Of a DNA stretch of 64,000 nt, positions 28,790 to 38,583 are shown piece by piece. Below the pieces are notes generated by a model that made no database searches, was not told where the DNA came from, and worked only from the letters and a program-made list of their open reading frames with translations. Positions within the stretch are counted from its first letter, which is position 1, and each line of letters begins with the position of its first letter. The DNA lies in the NCBI GenBank assembly GCA_016212085.1, contig JACRHL010000018.1:7487-71486 (forward strand). The letters run 5' to 3'. The DNA comes from Nitrospirota bacterium. Its GTDB lineage: Bacteria > Nitrospirota > JACRHL01. A program made the position numbers and the translations under genes.

Positions 28790-28819
28790 GCCCCCCCCCA
28801 AACCGCCCCCAACCGCCCT

Positions 28820-29623
28820 TCAGCGCTCCGGGAACAGCGCCCGGGTCAGGCGCAGGTAGGCGTCCAGGTCCAGCGTCTCGCCGCGCACGGCGGGGTTTAT
28901 GCCCGCGCCGGCGCAGGCGGCGTCGATGCGCGCGGGATCGGCGACCAGCGTGCCCAGGGCGTTGCGCAGGGTCTTGCGGCGCTGCCCCAGGGCGGCGCGC
29001 ACCACCGCCATGAAGTCGCCAACGGCCGCGTCCGGCAGCAGCGGCTCGGCGCGCGGGACGATGCGGATCACGGCGCTCTTCACCTTGGGCGGCGGCCGGA
29101 ACGCCCCGGCGGGCACGGTGAAGCACAGGGACGCCCGCGCCCGCACCGCCACCCCCAGGGTGAGCACGCCGTATTCCTTGGTGCCCGCCCTGGCCAGGAT
29201 GCGCTGCGCCACCTCGTGCTGGATCATCACCACGATGGCGGACGGCGCCGGGTTCGCCTCCAGAAAATGGAACAGCAAGGGGGTGGTCACCTGGTACGGC
29301 AGGTTGGCCACCACCTTGTATGGCACGGGCAGTGTGTCCAGGGGGAACTTGAGGGCGTCCCGGTGGTGCAGGGTGACGCGCGGCTCGCCGGCGAAGCGCT
29401 CCGCCAACTCCGCGTGCAGCCCCCGGTCCAGCTCCACCGCCACCACGTTCGCCCCCTTTTCCAGCAGGGCGCAGGTGAGGATGGCGCGCCCCGGCCCCAC
29501 CTCAAGCACCGTGTCGCCGGGGGCGACGCCGGCCGCGTCGGCGATGCGCCGCACGATGCCCTTGTCCACCAGGAAATGCTGGCCCAGGGACTTGAGGGTG
29601 CGGATGCGCGCCTGCTCAGCCAA
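28820..29623 (-). CDS. rsmA: 16S rRNA dimethyltransferase
   Basis: KSLGQHFL, EVGPG, VANLPY and F.PPPKV.SAV motifs. Confidence 0.95.
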   Translation of the reverse strand: MAEQARIRTLKSLGQHFLVDKGIVRRIADAAGVAPGDTVLEVGPGRAILTCALLEKGANVVAVELDRGLHAELAERFAGEPRVTLHHRDALKFPLDTLPVPYKVVANLPYQVTTPLLFHFLEANPAPSAIVVMIQHEVAQRILARAGTKEYGVLTLGVAVRARASLCFTVPAGAFRPPPKVKSAVIRIVPRAEPLLPDAAVGDFMAVVRAALGQRRKTLRNALGTLVADPARIDAACAGAGINPAVRGETLDLDAYLRLTRALFPER

Positions 29624-30623
29624 CGGGGTGCGGTGTCCGCCGTGCGGCCCAGGCCCGTGCCGTGTCCAGCGCGGCCTTCATGCTGTCGGCGTTGGCCTGG
29701 CCCCGGGCGGCGATGCCGAAGGCGGTGCCGTGCCCCGGCGAGGTGCGCACGAACGGCAGCCCCAGGGTGATGTTGACGGTCCGGGTGAAGCCCAGCAGCT
29801 TGACGGGCACCAGCCCCTGGTCGTGGTACATGGCCACCACCGCGTCGTGGCTGTGGTCGTTGACCACGTGGGGGAACAGGGCGTCGGCGGCGTGCGGGCC
29901 GTCGGCGTCGATGCCGGCGGCGCGGGCGCGTTCGATGGCGGGCGCCACCCGGTCGGCGTCCTCCGTGCCGAACTCGCCCGGGTGCGGGTTCAGGCCGCAC
30001 ACGGCGATGCGCGGGTGGTCGATGCCGGAGAAGCGCAGGGCGTCGTGGGTCTGGCGGATGGTCTCGAACACCCCGTCCGCCGTGATCAGCCCCGGCAGGT
30101 CGGCCAGGGCGTGGTGGGTGGTGGCCAGCACCACGCGCAGGGCCGGGCACGCCATCATCATGCGCACCGGCACGTCGCCGGCCCGGCGGGCGAGGTATTC
30201 CGTGTGGCCGGTAAAGCCGGCAAGCCCCGCCAGCCGCACCGCCTCCTTGCTCACCGGGGCGGTGACCAGGGCGCTGACCCGCCCCGCCAGGGCCAGCTCC
30301 GTGGCCCGCTCCAGCGCGGCCATGGCCAATCGGCCGCCGGCGGCGCACGGCGCCCCCAGGGGCGGCAGGTCGAGCCCGCCGGGGTGGGTGTCGAGCACGG
30401 CCAGGGGCAGCGGGCCTTCCGGCGGGTGTTCCGGAATGTCTTCCGGCGCGGACACGCGCACGATGCGCGGCCGGGCGGTGCCGATGAGCCGGAACGCCCG
30501 CTCCAGGGCGGCGGCGGGGCCGATCACCAGACAGTGCTCCGGCAGGGCGCGCGCCACCACCTCCGGGCCGATGCCGGCCGGGTCTCCAAGGGTGATGGCG
30601 ATGGGCGGGGAGGGGGCGCTCAA
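29616..30623 (-). CDS. pdxA: 4-hydroxythreonine-4-phosphate dehydrogenase
   Basis: ITLGDPAGIGPEV, GHTEYL, GLNPH, MYHDQG and NITLGLPFVRTS motifs; start uncertain (TTG 30623 or GTG 30635). Confidence 0.93.
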   Translation of the reverse strand: MSAPSPPIAITLGDPAGIGPEVVARALPEHCLVIGPAAALERAFRLIGTARPRIVRVSAPEDIPEHPPEGPLPLAVLDTHPGGLDLPPLGAPCAAGGRLAMAALERATELALAGRVSALVTAPVSKEAVRLAGLAGFTGHTEYLARRAGDVPVRMMMACPALRVVLATTHHALADLPGLITADGVFETIRQTHDALRFSGIDHPRIAVCGLNPHPGEFGTEDADRVAPAIERARAAGIDADGPHAADALFPHVVNDHSHDAVVAMYHDQGLVPVKLLGFTRTVNITLGLPFVRTSPGHGTAFGIAARGQANADSMKAALDTARAWAARRTPHPVG

Positions 30624-31510
30624 AGGGTGGGGCACCGGTGCTTGCCGTGGGGCTCCACGTGCACCACCACCTCGCGCACGCCGTGGAAGTGGTTCTTCAC
30701 CCGCTCCTCCAGGTCGTCGGCGATCTTGTGGGCGTCGAGCACGGACATCCTCGGGTCCACGTGGATGCGCATGTCCATCAGGATGTGGTGCTCGGTGCCG
30801 CGGGTGCGCACCTCGTGGCAGTATATCACCCCGTCGATCTCGCGGACGAAGCGCTCCACCTCCTCCGGCGCCAGGATGCCCGCGTCCGACAGCACCATGG
30901 CCGACGACAGGGTGATGTCGTAGGCGGCCTTGCCGATCAGTCCGGCGATGAGCACCGCCACGATGGGGTCCATGAGCCACACGCCGAACTGGGCGGCTAC
31001 CAGGGAGGCGGCCACCGACACGGTCACCAGCAGGTCGCTCTGGGTGTGCTTGGAGTCGGCGTGCAGCACGTCGCTGCCCAGCTCGCGGCCCTTGTTGTGT
31101 TCGTAGCGGTACACGAACCAGTTGATGAGGATGGTGCCGACCACGATCACGTAGGCCATGGGCCCCACGTCCGGCACGTGCGGGTGGTTGAAGCGCTCGT
31201 AGGCGCTTTGCAGCACGCGCATGCACGCGAAGGTGAGCATCACGCCGATGCCGATGGTGGCCAGCGTCTCGAACTTGCGGTGGCCGTAGGGGTGGTTGGC
31301 GTCCGGCGGGTGGGAGGCCACCCACAGGCCCACCAGGGCGATCACGTTCGACATGCCGTCGAAGGTGGAGTGGAATCCATCCGCCGTGAGGCCCACCGAG
31401 TCGATGTGAATGCCCCAGCCGAGCTTGGCGGCGGCCACCAGCAGGTTGAGCCAGAGGACGTTCCACAGAACCCGGCGCACCGGCGCGTATGGGGCGTAAT
31501 GCTGGTCCAC
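30620..31510 (-). CDS. Cation diffusion facilitator (FieF-like) transporter
   Basis: ADGFHSTFD, PPDANHPYGHRKFE, ADSKHTQSD and VHVEP motifs. Confidence 0.92.
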   Translation of the reverse strand: MDQHYAPYAPVRRVLWNVLWLNLLVAAAKLGWGIHIDSVGLTADGFHSTFDGMSNVIALVGLWVASHPPDANHPYGHRKFETLATIGIGVMLTFACMRVLQSAYERFNHPHVPDVGPMAYVIVVGTILINWFVYRYEHNKGRELGSDVLHADSKHTQSDLLVTVSVAASLVAAQFGVWLMDPIVAVLIAGLIGKAAYDITLSSAMVLSDAGILAPEEVERFVREIDGVIYCHEVRTRGTEHHILMDMRIHVDPRMSVLDAHKIADDLEERVKNHFHGVREVVVHVEPHGKHRCPTL

Positions 31511-31519
31511 GGTGAGGTG

Positions 31520-31548
31520 ATTATAGGCCCCGCCCGGCGGCCGGACAA
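31520..31548 (-). promoter_or_regulatory. Promoter of the CDF-pdxA-rsmA operon
   Basis: Minus strand TTGTCC, 17-nt spacer, TATAAT, located 9 nt before the GTG. Confidence 0.55.
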
Positions 31549-31660
31549 GGCGCGCCCTTTCCGCCGCCCGGCCGATGGGCGATAATGGGGCACCCCTTGC
31601 AATAGGCTTGGCCCCGCCGGCTGCACGCCGTTCCCGCAACCTGGAGGCACCGTTTCACCC

Positions 31661-32980
31661 ATGGGCCAGACCCTGCTGATTCAGAACGCGACGGCGGTGC
31701 TGCCGGACGGTGTCCGCCAGGCCGACGTGGCGATGATGGGGGGCCAGATCGCCCGCGTGGGGGCCCCCGGCAAGCGCCTGGACCCCAGCGGCTTCGAGAC
31801 GGTGATCGACGCGGGCGGGCTGGCCCTGCTGCCCGGCGTCATCGACGCCCACGTGCACTTCCGCACCCCCGGCGGTGAGCACAAGGAGGATTGGGACACG
31901 GGCTCCATGGCGGCCCTGGCCGGCGGCGTCACCACCGTGCTCGACATGCCCAACACCGACCCGCCCACCGTGTCGCTGGAGGCGCTCGGCGCCAAGCGCA
32001 AGGCGGTGGCGGAGCGGGCACGGGTACACTACGGCCTGTTCATGGGCGCCACCCGCGACAACCTGGAGCAGGTGCTGGCGGCGGACAACATCGCCGGCCT
32101 CAAGGTATACATGGGTTCCTCCACCGGCGGCTTGCTGGTGCACGAGGACGGGCCGCTGGCGCGCATCTTCGAGCGTTTTCCCGGCACCCTGGCGGTGCAC
32201 GCGGAGGACGAGCAGATCATCCAGGCCAACAGCCTGAAGTACCGGGACGCGGTGGCGCCCGGCGTGCACCACCTGATCCGCGATCACCTGTCGGCCCGGC
32301 GCGCCACGGAGCGGGCCATCGGCCTGGCCACGCGCTTCGACCGGCCACTGCACATCTGCCACATGAGCACGGCGGAGGAGCTGGAACTGGTGCGGGCCGC
32401 CGCCGACCCGCGCATCACCTGCGAGGTGGCGCCGCACCACCTGGTGCTCACCCAGGAGGCGCTGGACGAGATGGGTACCCTGGCCAAGATGAACCCTCCC
32501 CTGCGCACGGCGGCGGATTGCGATGCCCTGTGGGCGGGCCTGGCCGCCGGCGCCATCGCCTGCGTGGCCACCGACCACGCGCCGCACACCCTCAAGGAAA
32601 AGGCGGGCAGCTATTGGCAGGCGCCGTCCGGGGTGCCCGGCGTGCAGCACATGCTGCCCATCCTGCTGGACGCGGCCCGGCGCGGCCGGCTGTCCCTGGA
32701 GCGGGTGGCGGAGGTGACGGCGGCGGGGCCCGCGCGCCTGTTCGGCATCCAGGGCAAGGGGCGCATCGCCCGGGGGTACGACGCCGACCTGGTGCTGGTG
32801 GACCTGACCGCCACCCGCACCGTGGACCGCAAGGACGTGTTGAGCAAGTGCGGCTGGACCCCCTACGAGGGCATGACCCTCACCGGCTGGCCGGTGGTCA
32901 CCATCCTGGACGGCCAGGTGGTCTACGAGCGCGGCGCCTTCCCGCGCCGGGTGGCCGGGAGGGAGGTGCGGTTCGGCTAG
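31661..32980 (+). CDS. pyrC: Dihydroorotase
   Basis: DAHVHFRTPG, DMPNT, KVYMGSSTG, KMNPPLR and TDHAPH motifs. Confidence 0.88.
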   Translation: MGQTLLIQNATAVLPDGVRQADVAMMGGQIARVGAPGKRLDPSGFETVIDAGGLALLPGVIDAHVHFRTPGGEHKEDWDTGSMAALAGGVTTVLDMPNTDPPTVSLEALGAKRKAVAERARVHYGLFMGATRDNLEQVLAADNIAGLKVYMGSSTGGLLVHEDGPLARIFERFPGTLAVHAEDEQIIQANSLKYRDAVAPGVHHLIRDHLSARRATERAIGLATRFDRPLHICHMSTAEELELVRAAADPRITCEVAPHHLVLTQEALDEMGTLAKMNPPLRTAADCDALWAGLAAGAIACVATDHAPHTLKEKAGSYWQAPSGVPGVQHMLPILLDAARRGRLSLERVAEVTAAGPARLFGIQGKGRIARGYDADLVLVDLTATRTVDRKDVLSKCGWTPYEGMTLTGWPVVTILDGQVVYERGAFPRRVAGREVRFG

Positions 32981-33046
32981 CAGGCCGTCAGGGTGTCTGG
33001 ACTGTGGCGGGTTTCACCCGATAGTTGCTTACGGGTAAAAGGGGCG

Positions 33047-33628
33047 GTGTCATACAAAGGGTTCTTGAGTGCCGTTGCGGTTGCGCTCACGCTTATCGCG
33101 TTCCTGCCGTACATCCGCTCAATCATTACCGGCGCAACCAGGCCCCATGTGTTTTCGTGGGTAACCTGGGGCACAACCACCTTTGTGGTGTTTCTTGCGC
33201 AGCTTGAGGACAAGGGGGGTGCTGGCGCCTGGCCGATCGGTGTTTCAGGCGGCATCTCGATTTTTATTGCGCTGTTGTCCTATCTGAAGAAGGCGGATAT
33301 TGCCGTCACCAGGATCGACTGGCTGTTTTTCGTCTCGGCGATGTCCGCATTGCCGTTCTGGTATATCACGTCCGATCCGCTGTGGGCCGTGGTGATTCTG
33401 ACAACCGTCGATGTACTCGGGTTCGGGCCGACGGTCAGGAAGGCGTATGCCCATCCGCATTCGGAATCGGTGCCGTTTTTTGCGATATTCGCGGTCCGGA
33501 ACCTCTTGGTCATCCTGGCGCTGGAACATTACTCGGTAACGACAGTCCTGTTCCCGGCCGTCGTCGCGGCCGCATGCGTGCTGCTGGTGGCGATGGTGAC
33601 GTACCGGCGGCGGGCGCTGGCCGCGTGA
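33047..33628 (+). CDS. Hypothetical multi-pass membrane protein, lower GC than its neighbours
   Basis: About 6-7 hydrophobic segments; two similar units, PYIRSII.G.TRP..FSW and PTVRKAY..P.SES...F; start uncertain. Confidence 0.7.
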   Translation: MSYKGFLSAVAVALTLIAFLPYIRSIITGATRPHVFSWVTWGTTTFVVFLAQLEDKGGAGAWPIGVSGGISIFIALLSYLKKADIAVTRIDWLFFVSAMSALPFWYITSDPLWAVVILTTVDVLGFGPTVRKAYAHPHSESVPFFAIFAVRNLLVILALEHYSVTTVLFPAVVAAACVLLVAMVTYRRRALAA

Positions 33629-33683
33629 CGGCACGACGCGGCCCGGCAAGGGAACGGCTTGGCGCGTCAGGCCGGAATGCCGG

Positions 33684-34193
33684 TCAGACCGGCTCGCCGG
33701 AGGCGGCCTCGGTCTCCATGATGCGCTGCTTGCGCAGCAGGGCCTTCTGCTTGATGATCTGGGCGATCTCGTACTCGCGCTTCTCCTGGGCCGTTTCCAC
33801 CCGCAGCGGCGGCACCGGCGCCGGGCGCCCGGCGCTGTCCAGCGCCACGAAGTTGAAGTGGGCGGTGGTGCAGTGGTGGCGCTCGCCGGTGAGGGGGCTG
33901 TCGGAAAACACGTCCACCTTGATGACCATGGAGGTGCGCCCCACCGCCACCACGCGGGCGCGCGCCTCGATCTGGTCGCCCACCCGGATCGGGTGCTTGA
34001 AGTCCATGGCCTCCGTGGAGGCGGTGGTGACCACCGTGCCCGCGTAGTTGGCCCCCGCCAGGGCCCCCACCTTGTCCATGAGCGCCATCAGCCGGCCGCC
34101 GAACATGGAGCCGTAGGGGTTGGCGTCGTTGGGGAACACCAGATCCCAGCTGCTCAGGGTTTCCGCCTTCTTGTGGGCCGTCTGGGACATCAT
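33684..34193 (-). CDS. Acyl-CoA thioesterase (hotdog fold, YciA-like)
   Basis: VFPNDANPYGSMFGGRLMALMD, VGRTSM and FVALD..GRP.PVP motifs. Confidence 0.9.
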   Translation of the reverse strand: MMSQTAHKKAETLSSWDLVFPNDANPYGSMFGGRLMALMDKVGALAGANYAGTVVTTASTEAMDFKHPIRVGDQIEARARVVAVGRTSMVIKVDVFSDSPLTGERHHCTTAHFNFVALDSAGRPAPVPPLRVETAQEKREYEIAQIIKQKALLRKQRIMETEAASGEPV

Positions 34194-36586
34194 GCGCTGT
34201 GCTCCATGCGGGGTTCGGATGCGTGGTCGCGGATGGCGGCCAGGAAGTCGGCGCCGTAGCGCTCCAGCTTGGACGGGCCGACGCCGCTCACCGCCAGCAG
34301 GGCCTCGTCCGTGGCCGGCTTGTGGCCCGCCATCTCGGCCAGGGTACGGTCCGAAAATACCATGTAGGGCGGCACCTCGTCGCGCCGGGCGAGACGGGTG
34401 CGCAGGGCCTTGAGGCCGGCCAGCAGCCCGGCATCGGCCTCCGGGGCTTCCGGGGCTTCCGTGACGCGCGGGCTCGCGCCGGGGGCCGCCTCGGGCGGGG
34501 ACAGCAGCACGCCGCCGCGCTCGCCCTTGAGGACCGCCAGGCCGCGCTCGGTGATCACCAGCACCGGGCGGCGGCCCTGGCCGCTGCCCATGTCCTCCCG
34601 GGCCAGCAGGCCCTGGGCCAGCAATTCGCCCAGCAGGTCGGCCACCTGCTTCTGGGTCAGGTGCTTGAGCAGGCCGTAGGTGCTGGCCTGGTCCAGCCGG
34701 TTGCGGCGGATCTGCTCCGTGTTGGCGCCGCTCAGGTGGCCCGCCACCGTCTGCACCCCGAAGCTGATGAACCCCTCGCCGGTGCGCACCCGGCAGCGGG
34801 CCACGCCCGACAGCAGCTTGCGCGCCAGCTCCGTGGCCTCCACGGGCTTGCCGGGAGAGTGGGCCCCCGCCTGGCAGCGGTCGCAGCCGCCGCAATGGTC
34901 GGCGCCGGTCTCGCCGAAGTGGGCCAGGATGGCGGCGCGGCGGCACGCGGGGGTGCGGCAGTAGGCCTCCATGGCGTCCAGCGCCGACAGGGCGAAGCGG
35001 CGTTTGGCGTCCAGCGCCGAAAAGTCCACGGCGGGCAGCTCGCGGGCGAGCAGGCGAAGACCGCGCCCGCGGAACGGCGCCGTGTAGTGGATGGCGCCCG
35101 CCTCGTGCATGGCGTGCATGGCGCGCAGGGCGGCGTCGTGGTCCAGCCCCGCGTCGTCCGCCAGTTGGCCCAGGGGCACCTGGATGGTGCCGTTCTCCCC
35201 CGGCGGCAGCAGGAAGTCCAGCACCGCCAGGATGCGTTGCTGTACCTGGGCGCGCGCCCCCACCTGGGAACGGTCCACCATGCGGATGGTGGACGGGTTG
35301 GTGCGCGGGTTCAGGCGCACCAGGGCGCCCGACTCCTCCAGCAGCTTGAGGGCGGACGATACGGCCATCTCGCTGCCGTCGGCGCCGCCCCCCATGCGCC
35401 CCAGCATCTCCTTGTGCGACACCTCCACCACGTCGTCGTCCGCCGCCGACTGCGCCAGCACCGCCCACAGGGCGCGCACGAAGGCCTCGGTGGGGTAGGA
35501 GGCGTTGATGAAGAACTCCTGGGTGAAGCGGTCGCCGGCGCCGTACAGCAGGGTGCACTCGGCGGGCTTTCCATCGCGCCCGGCGCGGCCCGCCTCCTGG
35601 TAATAGGCCTCCAGGGTGCCGGGCATGTCGTAGTGCAGGACGAAGCGCACGTTGGCCTTGTCCACCCCCATGCCGAAGGCGTTGGTGGCCACGATCAGCG
35701 GCACCCGGCCGCCGATGAAGGCGTCCTGTGACGTTTCGCGCTCATCGTCCGGCAGCCCCGCGTGGTAGGCCACCACCTGGAACCCCTCGGCGCGCAACTG
35801 GGCGGTGGCCTCCTCCACCTTGCGGCGGGTGGCGCAATAGACGATGCCGGGGCCCGGATTGTGGGCCATGAAGGCGGTCAGGGCGTCCTTCTTGCGGCCG
35901 CCGGGGCGCACCGCCAGATGGAGGTTGTCGCGGTCGAAGCCGGTGACGAAACGCGCCGCCTCCACCAGCCCCAGCTGGCTTGCGATGTCGTCCTGCACCG
36001 TGGGCGTGGCGGTGGCGGTGAGGGCGATCACCGGCGGCCGCCCGAGCTGCTCGATCACCGGCACCAGGCGCAGGTAGGCGGGGCGGAAGTCGTGCCCCCA
36101 CTGGCTGATGCAGTGCGCCTCGTCCACGGCCACCCGCGCCACCGGCACGCCGGCCATGGACTCCATGAAGTAGCGCGAGTTGAAGCGCTCCGGCGCCACG
36201 TACAGCAGCTTGATCTGCCCCGCGCGCACCCGGCCCATGACGGCGCGCACCTGGTCGAAGTTCAGGGTCGAGTTGATGGCGGCGGCGGCGATGCCGGTGG
36301 CGGTGAGGGCGTCCACCTGGTCCTTCATCAGGGCGATGAGGGGCGAGATGACCAGGGTGACCCCGTCGGAAACGCAGGCGGGGAGCTGGTAGCACAGGCT
36401 CTTGCCGCCGCCGGTGGGCATGATGACCAGCACGTCCCGGCCCGCCAGGGCGGCGGCCACGATGGCCTCCTGCCCGGCGCGGAAGGCGGGGTGCCCGAAG
36501 CGCTCCGTGAGCACCCGGCGCGCGGCATCGACGGCTGCGGCGGGCGGGCGGGTGGCGGGCGGCTGGGTCACGTGGGGCTCCGGCAT
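34190..36586 (-). CDS. recQ: RecQ-family ATP-dependent DNA helicase with RQC and HRDC domains
   Basis: MPTGGGKSLCYQ, VDEAHCISQWGHDFRP, QEAGRAGRDG, Zn site CRR...CGGCDRC and HRDC (PPYMVFSDRTL). Confidence 0.92.
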   Translation of the reverse strand: MPEPHVTQPPATRPPAAAVDAARRVLTERFGHPAFRAGQEAIVAAALAGRDVLVIMPTGGGKSLCYQLPACVSDGVTLVISPLIALMKDQVDALTATGIAAAAINSTLNFDQVRAVMGRVRAGQIKLLYVAPERFNSRYFMESMAGVPVARVAVDEAHCISQWGHDFRPAYLRLVPVIEQLGRPPVIALTATATPTVQDDIASQLGLVEAARFVTGFDRDNLHLAVRPGGRKKDALTAFMAHNPGPGIVYCATRRKVEEATAQLRAEGFQVVAYHAGLPDDERETSQDAFIGGRVPLIVATNAFGMGVDKANVRFVLHYDMPGTLEAYYQEAGRAGRDGKPAECTLLYGAGDRFTQEFFINASYPTEAFVRALWAVLAQSAADDDVVEVSHKEMLGRMGGGADGSEMAVSSALKLLEESGALVRLNPRTNPSTIRMVDRSQVGARAQVQQRILAVLDFLLPPGENGTIQVPLGQLADDAGLDHDAALRAMHAMHEAGAIHYTAPFRGRGLRLLARELPAVDFSALDAKRRFALSALDAMEAYCRTPACRRAAILAHFGETGADHCGGCDRCQAGAHSPGKPVEATELARKLLSGVARCRVRTGEGFISFGVQTVAGHLSGANTEQIRRNRLDQASTYGLLKHLTQKQVADLLGELLAQGLLAREDMGSGQGRRPVLVITERGLAVLKGERGGVLLSPPEAAPGASPRVTEAPEAPEADAGLLAGLKALRTRLARRDEVPPYMVFSDRTLAEMAGHKPATDEALLAVSGVGPSKLERYGADFLAAIRDHASEPRMEHSA

Positions 36587-36671
36587 GGGCCTTCAGGATA
36601 GCGGATCGGCGCCCCCCCGCGTAACCCGCCGGGGTGTGCGCGGCCGGAAAAGAGGCCGTATACTCGCTCCC

Positions 36672-37184
36672 ATGCGCATCCTGGTGGACGGATACAACCT
36701 GATCGCCCAGTTGTGGGGCATGGGGAGTGACCGGCGCGAGCTGGCCCGCCAGCGCGACGCCCTGGTGGCCTACCTGGGCGGATACCACGCCCTGCGCGGC
36801 AATTCCGTGCACGTGGTGTTCGACGGCTGGCGCGAGGGCGACCCCCTGGGCGGCCGCGATCAGGCGCACGGCATCCTGGTCACCTATTCGCCGCTCGGGG
36901 TCACCGCCGACGAGGTGATCCGCGACCTGCTCGCGGAGCGCGGCCCCGGCACCCTGGTGGTGTCCGGCGACCGGCGCGTGCAGGGCTGGGCGCGGGATGC
37001 GGGGGCCGAGGCGGTGGAGCCGGCCGTGTTCGCCGCGCGCGTCGCCGAGGCGCGCCAGGAACTGCCGGATGTGCGTGACGACGACGACGGCAACCGCTGG
37101 GACGGCAGCACCGTGAAGCGCGGCAACCCCCGGCGCCTGTCCAGGCGCGAGCGGGCCCTGCACACCCGGCTGAACAAGCTGTAA
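36672..37184 (+). CDS. YacP/Rae1-like NYN-domain ribonuclease
   Basis: LVDGYNL, VVFDG, TADEVI and VVSGDR motifs. Confidence 0.85.
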   Translation: MRILVDGYNLIAQLWGMGSDRRELARQRDALVAYLGGYHALRGNSVHVVFDGWREGDPLGGRDQAHGILVTYSPLGVTADEVIRDLLAERGPGTLVVSGDRRVQGWARDAGAEAVEPAVFAARVAEARQELPDVRDDDDGNRWDGSTVKRGNPRRLSRRERALHTRLNKL

Positions 37185-37209
37185 ATGCCCGGGAAGGCCG
37201 GGCCCAGGC

Positions 37210-38583
37210 CTAATCCGCTTCCGGGTTGGCCCCGGCGGCGGCCTCCAGGGCCGTGGAGGCCTCGGCGCCGTCCAGTTGCACCCGTTCGATCTTCTCGAAG
37301 CGCGAGGTGATCTTCTTGGCGGACACGTGCACCTGGTCCACGTCGTCCTTGGTCTGGCGGATGTGCTGGGCCAGCTTGTCCATGCGCTCCTGGAAGCGTC
37401 CGAAGTCGGTGGCCAGGAAGCGCAGGTGCTCCTGGATGATGTGGACCTGTTCCCGCGTCTTGGCGTCCTTGAGCACGGAGCGCATGGTGTTCAGCACCGC
37501 CCACATGGTGGTGGGGGAGGTCAGCGACACCCGGCGCCGCTGGGCGTGGTCCACCAGGTCCGGGTGGTGGGCGTGGATCTCGGCGAACACCGCCTCCGCC
37601 GGGATGAACATGACCGCCCCGTCGGCGGTGACGCCGGGGATGATGTACTTGTCGGCGATGTCGGTGATGTGCTTCTTCACGTCCTGCTTGAACTGGCGCT
37701 CCGCCTGGACGCGCTCCGCCTCCGGCAGGTCGCGGTCGAACATGCGCCGGAAGTTCTCCAGGGGGAATTTCGCGTCCACCGCCACGGTGCCGGTGGGTTC
37801 CGGGAGGAACAGCACACAGTCGGCTATCTTCCCCTCCGCCAGGGTGTGCTGGAGGGAGTAGGCCTCCTCCGGCATGGCGTTCATGACCAGGTGGTTGAGC
37901 TGCACCTCCCCGAACACGCCCCGGCTCTTCTTGTCCGACAGGATCTCCTGGAGCGACACGACCTCGTTGGACAGGGCGGCGATCTTCTCCTGGGCCTTGT
38001 CGATGATGGTCAGGCGCGTGACCACGTCGGTGAAGGTCTCCGTGGTTTTTTTGAAGCCTTCGTCCAGGCGCTCGGTGACCTTGCCCGAGATCTCCGTGAG
38101 CTTCTGGTCGGTGACCGCCTGCAACTCGGCGAAACGCCTGTTCAGGGTGTCGGTGGCGAGCTTCATGGTCTCGCCCACGGATTGCAGGGTGCGCCCGGTG
38201 CCGGCGGCCATCTGCTCGCCCAGGCCGTGGGTGAGGTTCTGGCGCAGGTCGGCCAGGGTTTTGGCCATTTCCGCCTTGAGCTGGCCGATGGCCTCCCGCA
38301 CCTGGTCCAGCTTGGCCTCGGTGAGGGCGCGCAGCTCGCGCTCCTGCCTCAGGAGCAGGTCGCGGGTGGCGTCGGAAAGCTCGCGGTGCTTGGCCTCCAG
38401 GCCCTTTTCCACCTGGGCCACCACCAGGTCGGCCCCGCCCTTCTGCGCCTCGCGCATGGCGGCCTCCAGGCGGTCGATCCGGGCCAGCAGGTCCGCCGTG
38501 CCGCCCCCCCGGCGCAGGGTGGCGACCAGCGCCGCCAGCGCGGCCAGCGCCGCCAGCGCGGCCAGGATCGCGGGGATTTCCAT
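37210..38583 (-). CDS. rmuC: DNA recombination protein RmuC
   Basis: TM plus coiled coil, then RGVFGEVQL, VDAKFP, KKHITDIADKY and MFIPAEAVF motifs. Confidence 0.93.
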   Translation of the reverse strand: MEIPAILAALAALAALAALVATLRRGGGTADLLARIDRLEAAMREAQKGGADLVVAQVEKGLEAKHRELSDATRDLLLRQERELRALTEAKLDQVREAIGQLKAEMAKTLADLRQNLTHGLGEQMAAGTGRTLQSVGETMKLATDTLNRRFAELQAVTDQKLTEISGKVTERLDEGFKKTTETFTDVVTRLTIIDKAQEKIAALSNEVVSLQEILSDKKSRGVFGEVQLNHLVMNAMPEEAYSLQHTLAEGKIADCVLFLPEPTGTVAVDAKFPLENFRRMFDRDLPEAERVQAERQFKQDVKKHITDIADKYIIPGVTADGAVMFIPAEAVFAEIHAHHPDLVDHAQRRRVSLTSPTTMWAVLNTMRSVLKDAKTREQVHIIQEHLRFLATDFGRFQERMDKLAQHIRQTKDDVDQVHVSAKKITSRFEKIERVQLDGAEASTALEAAAGANPEAD

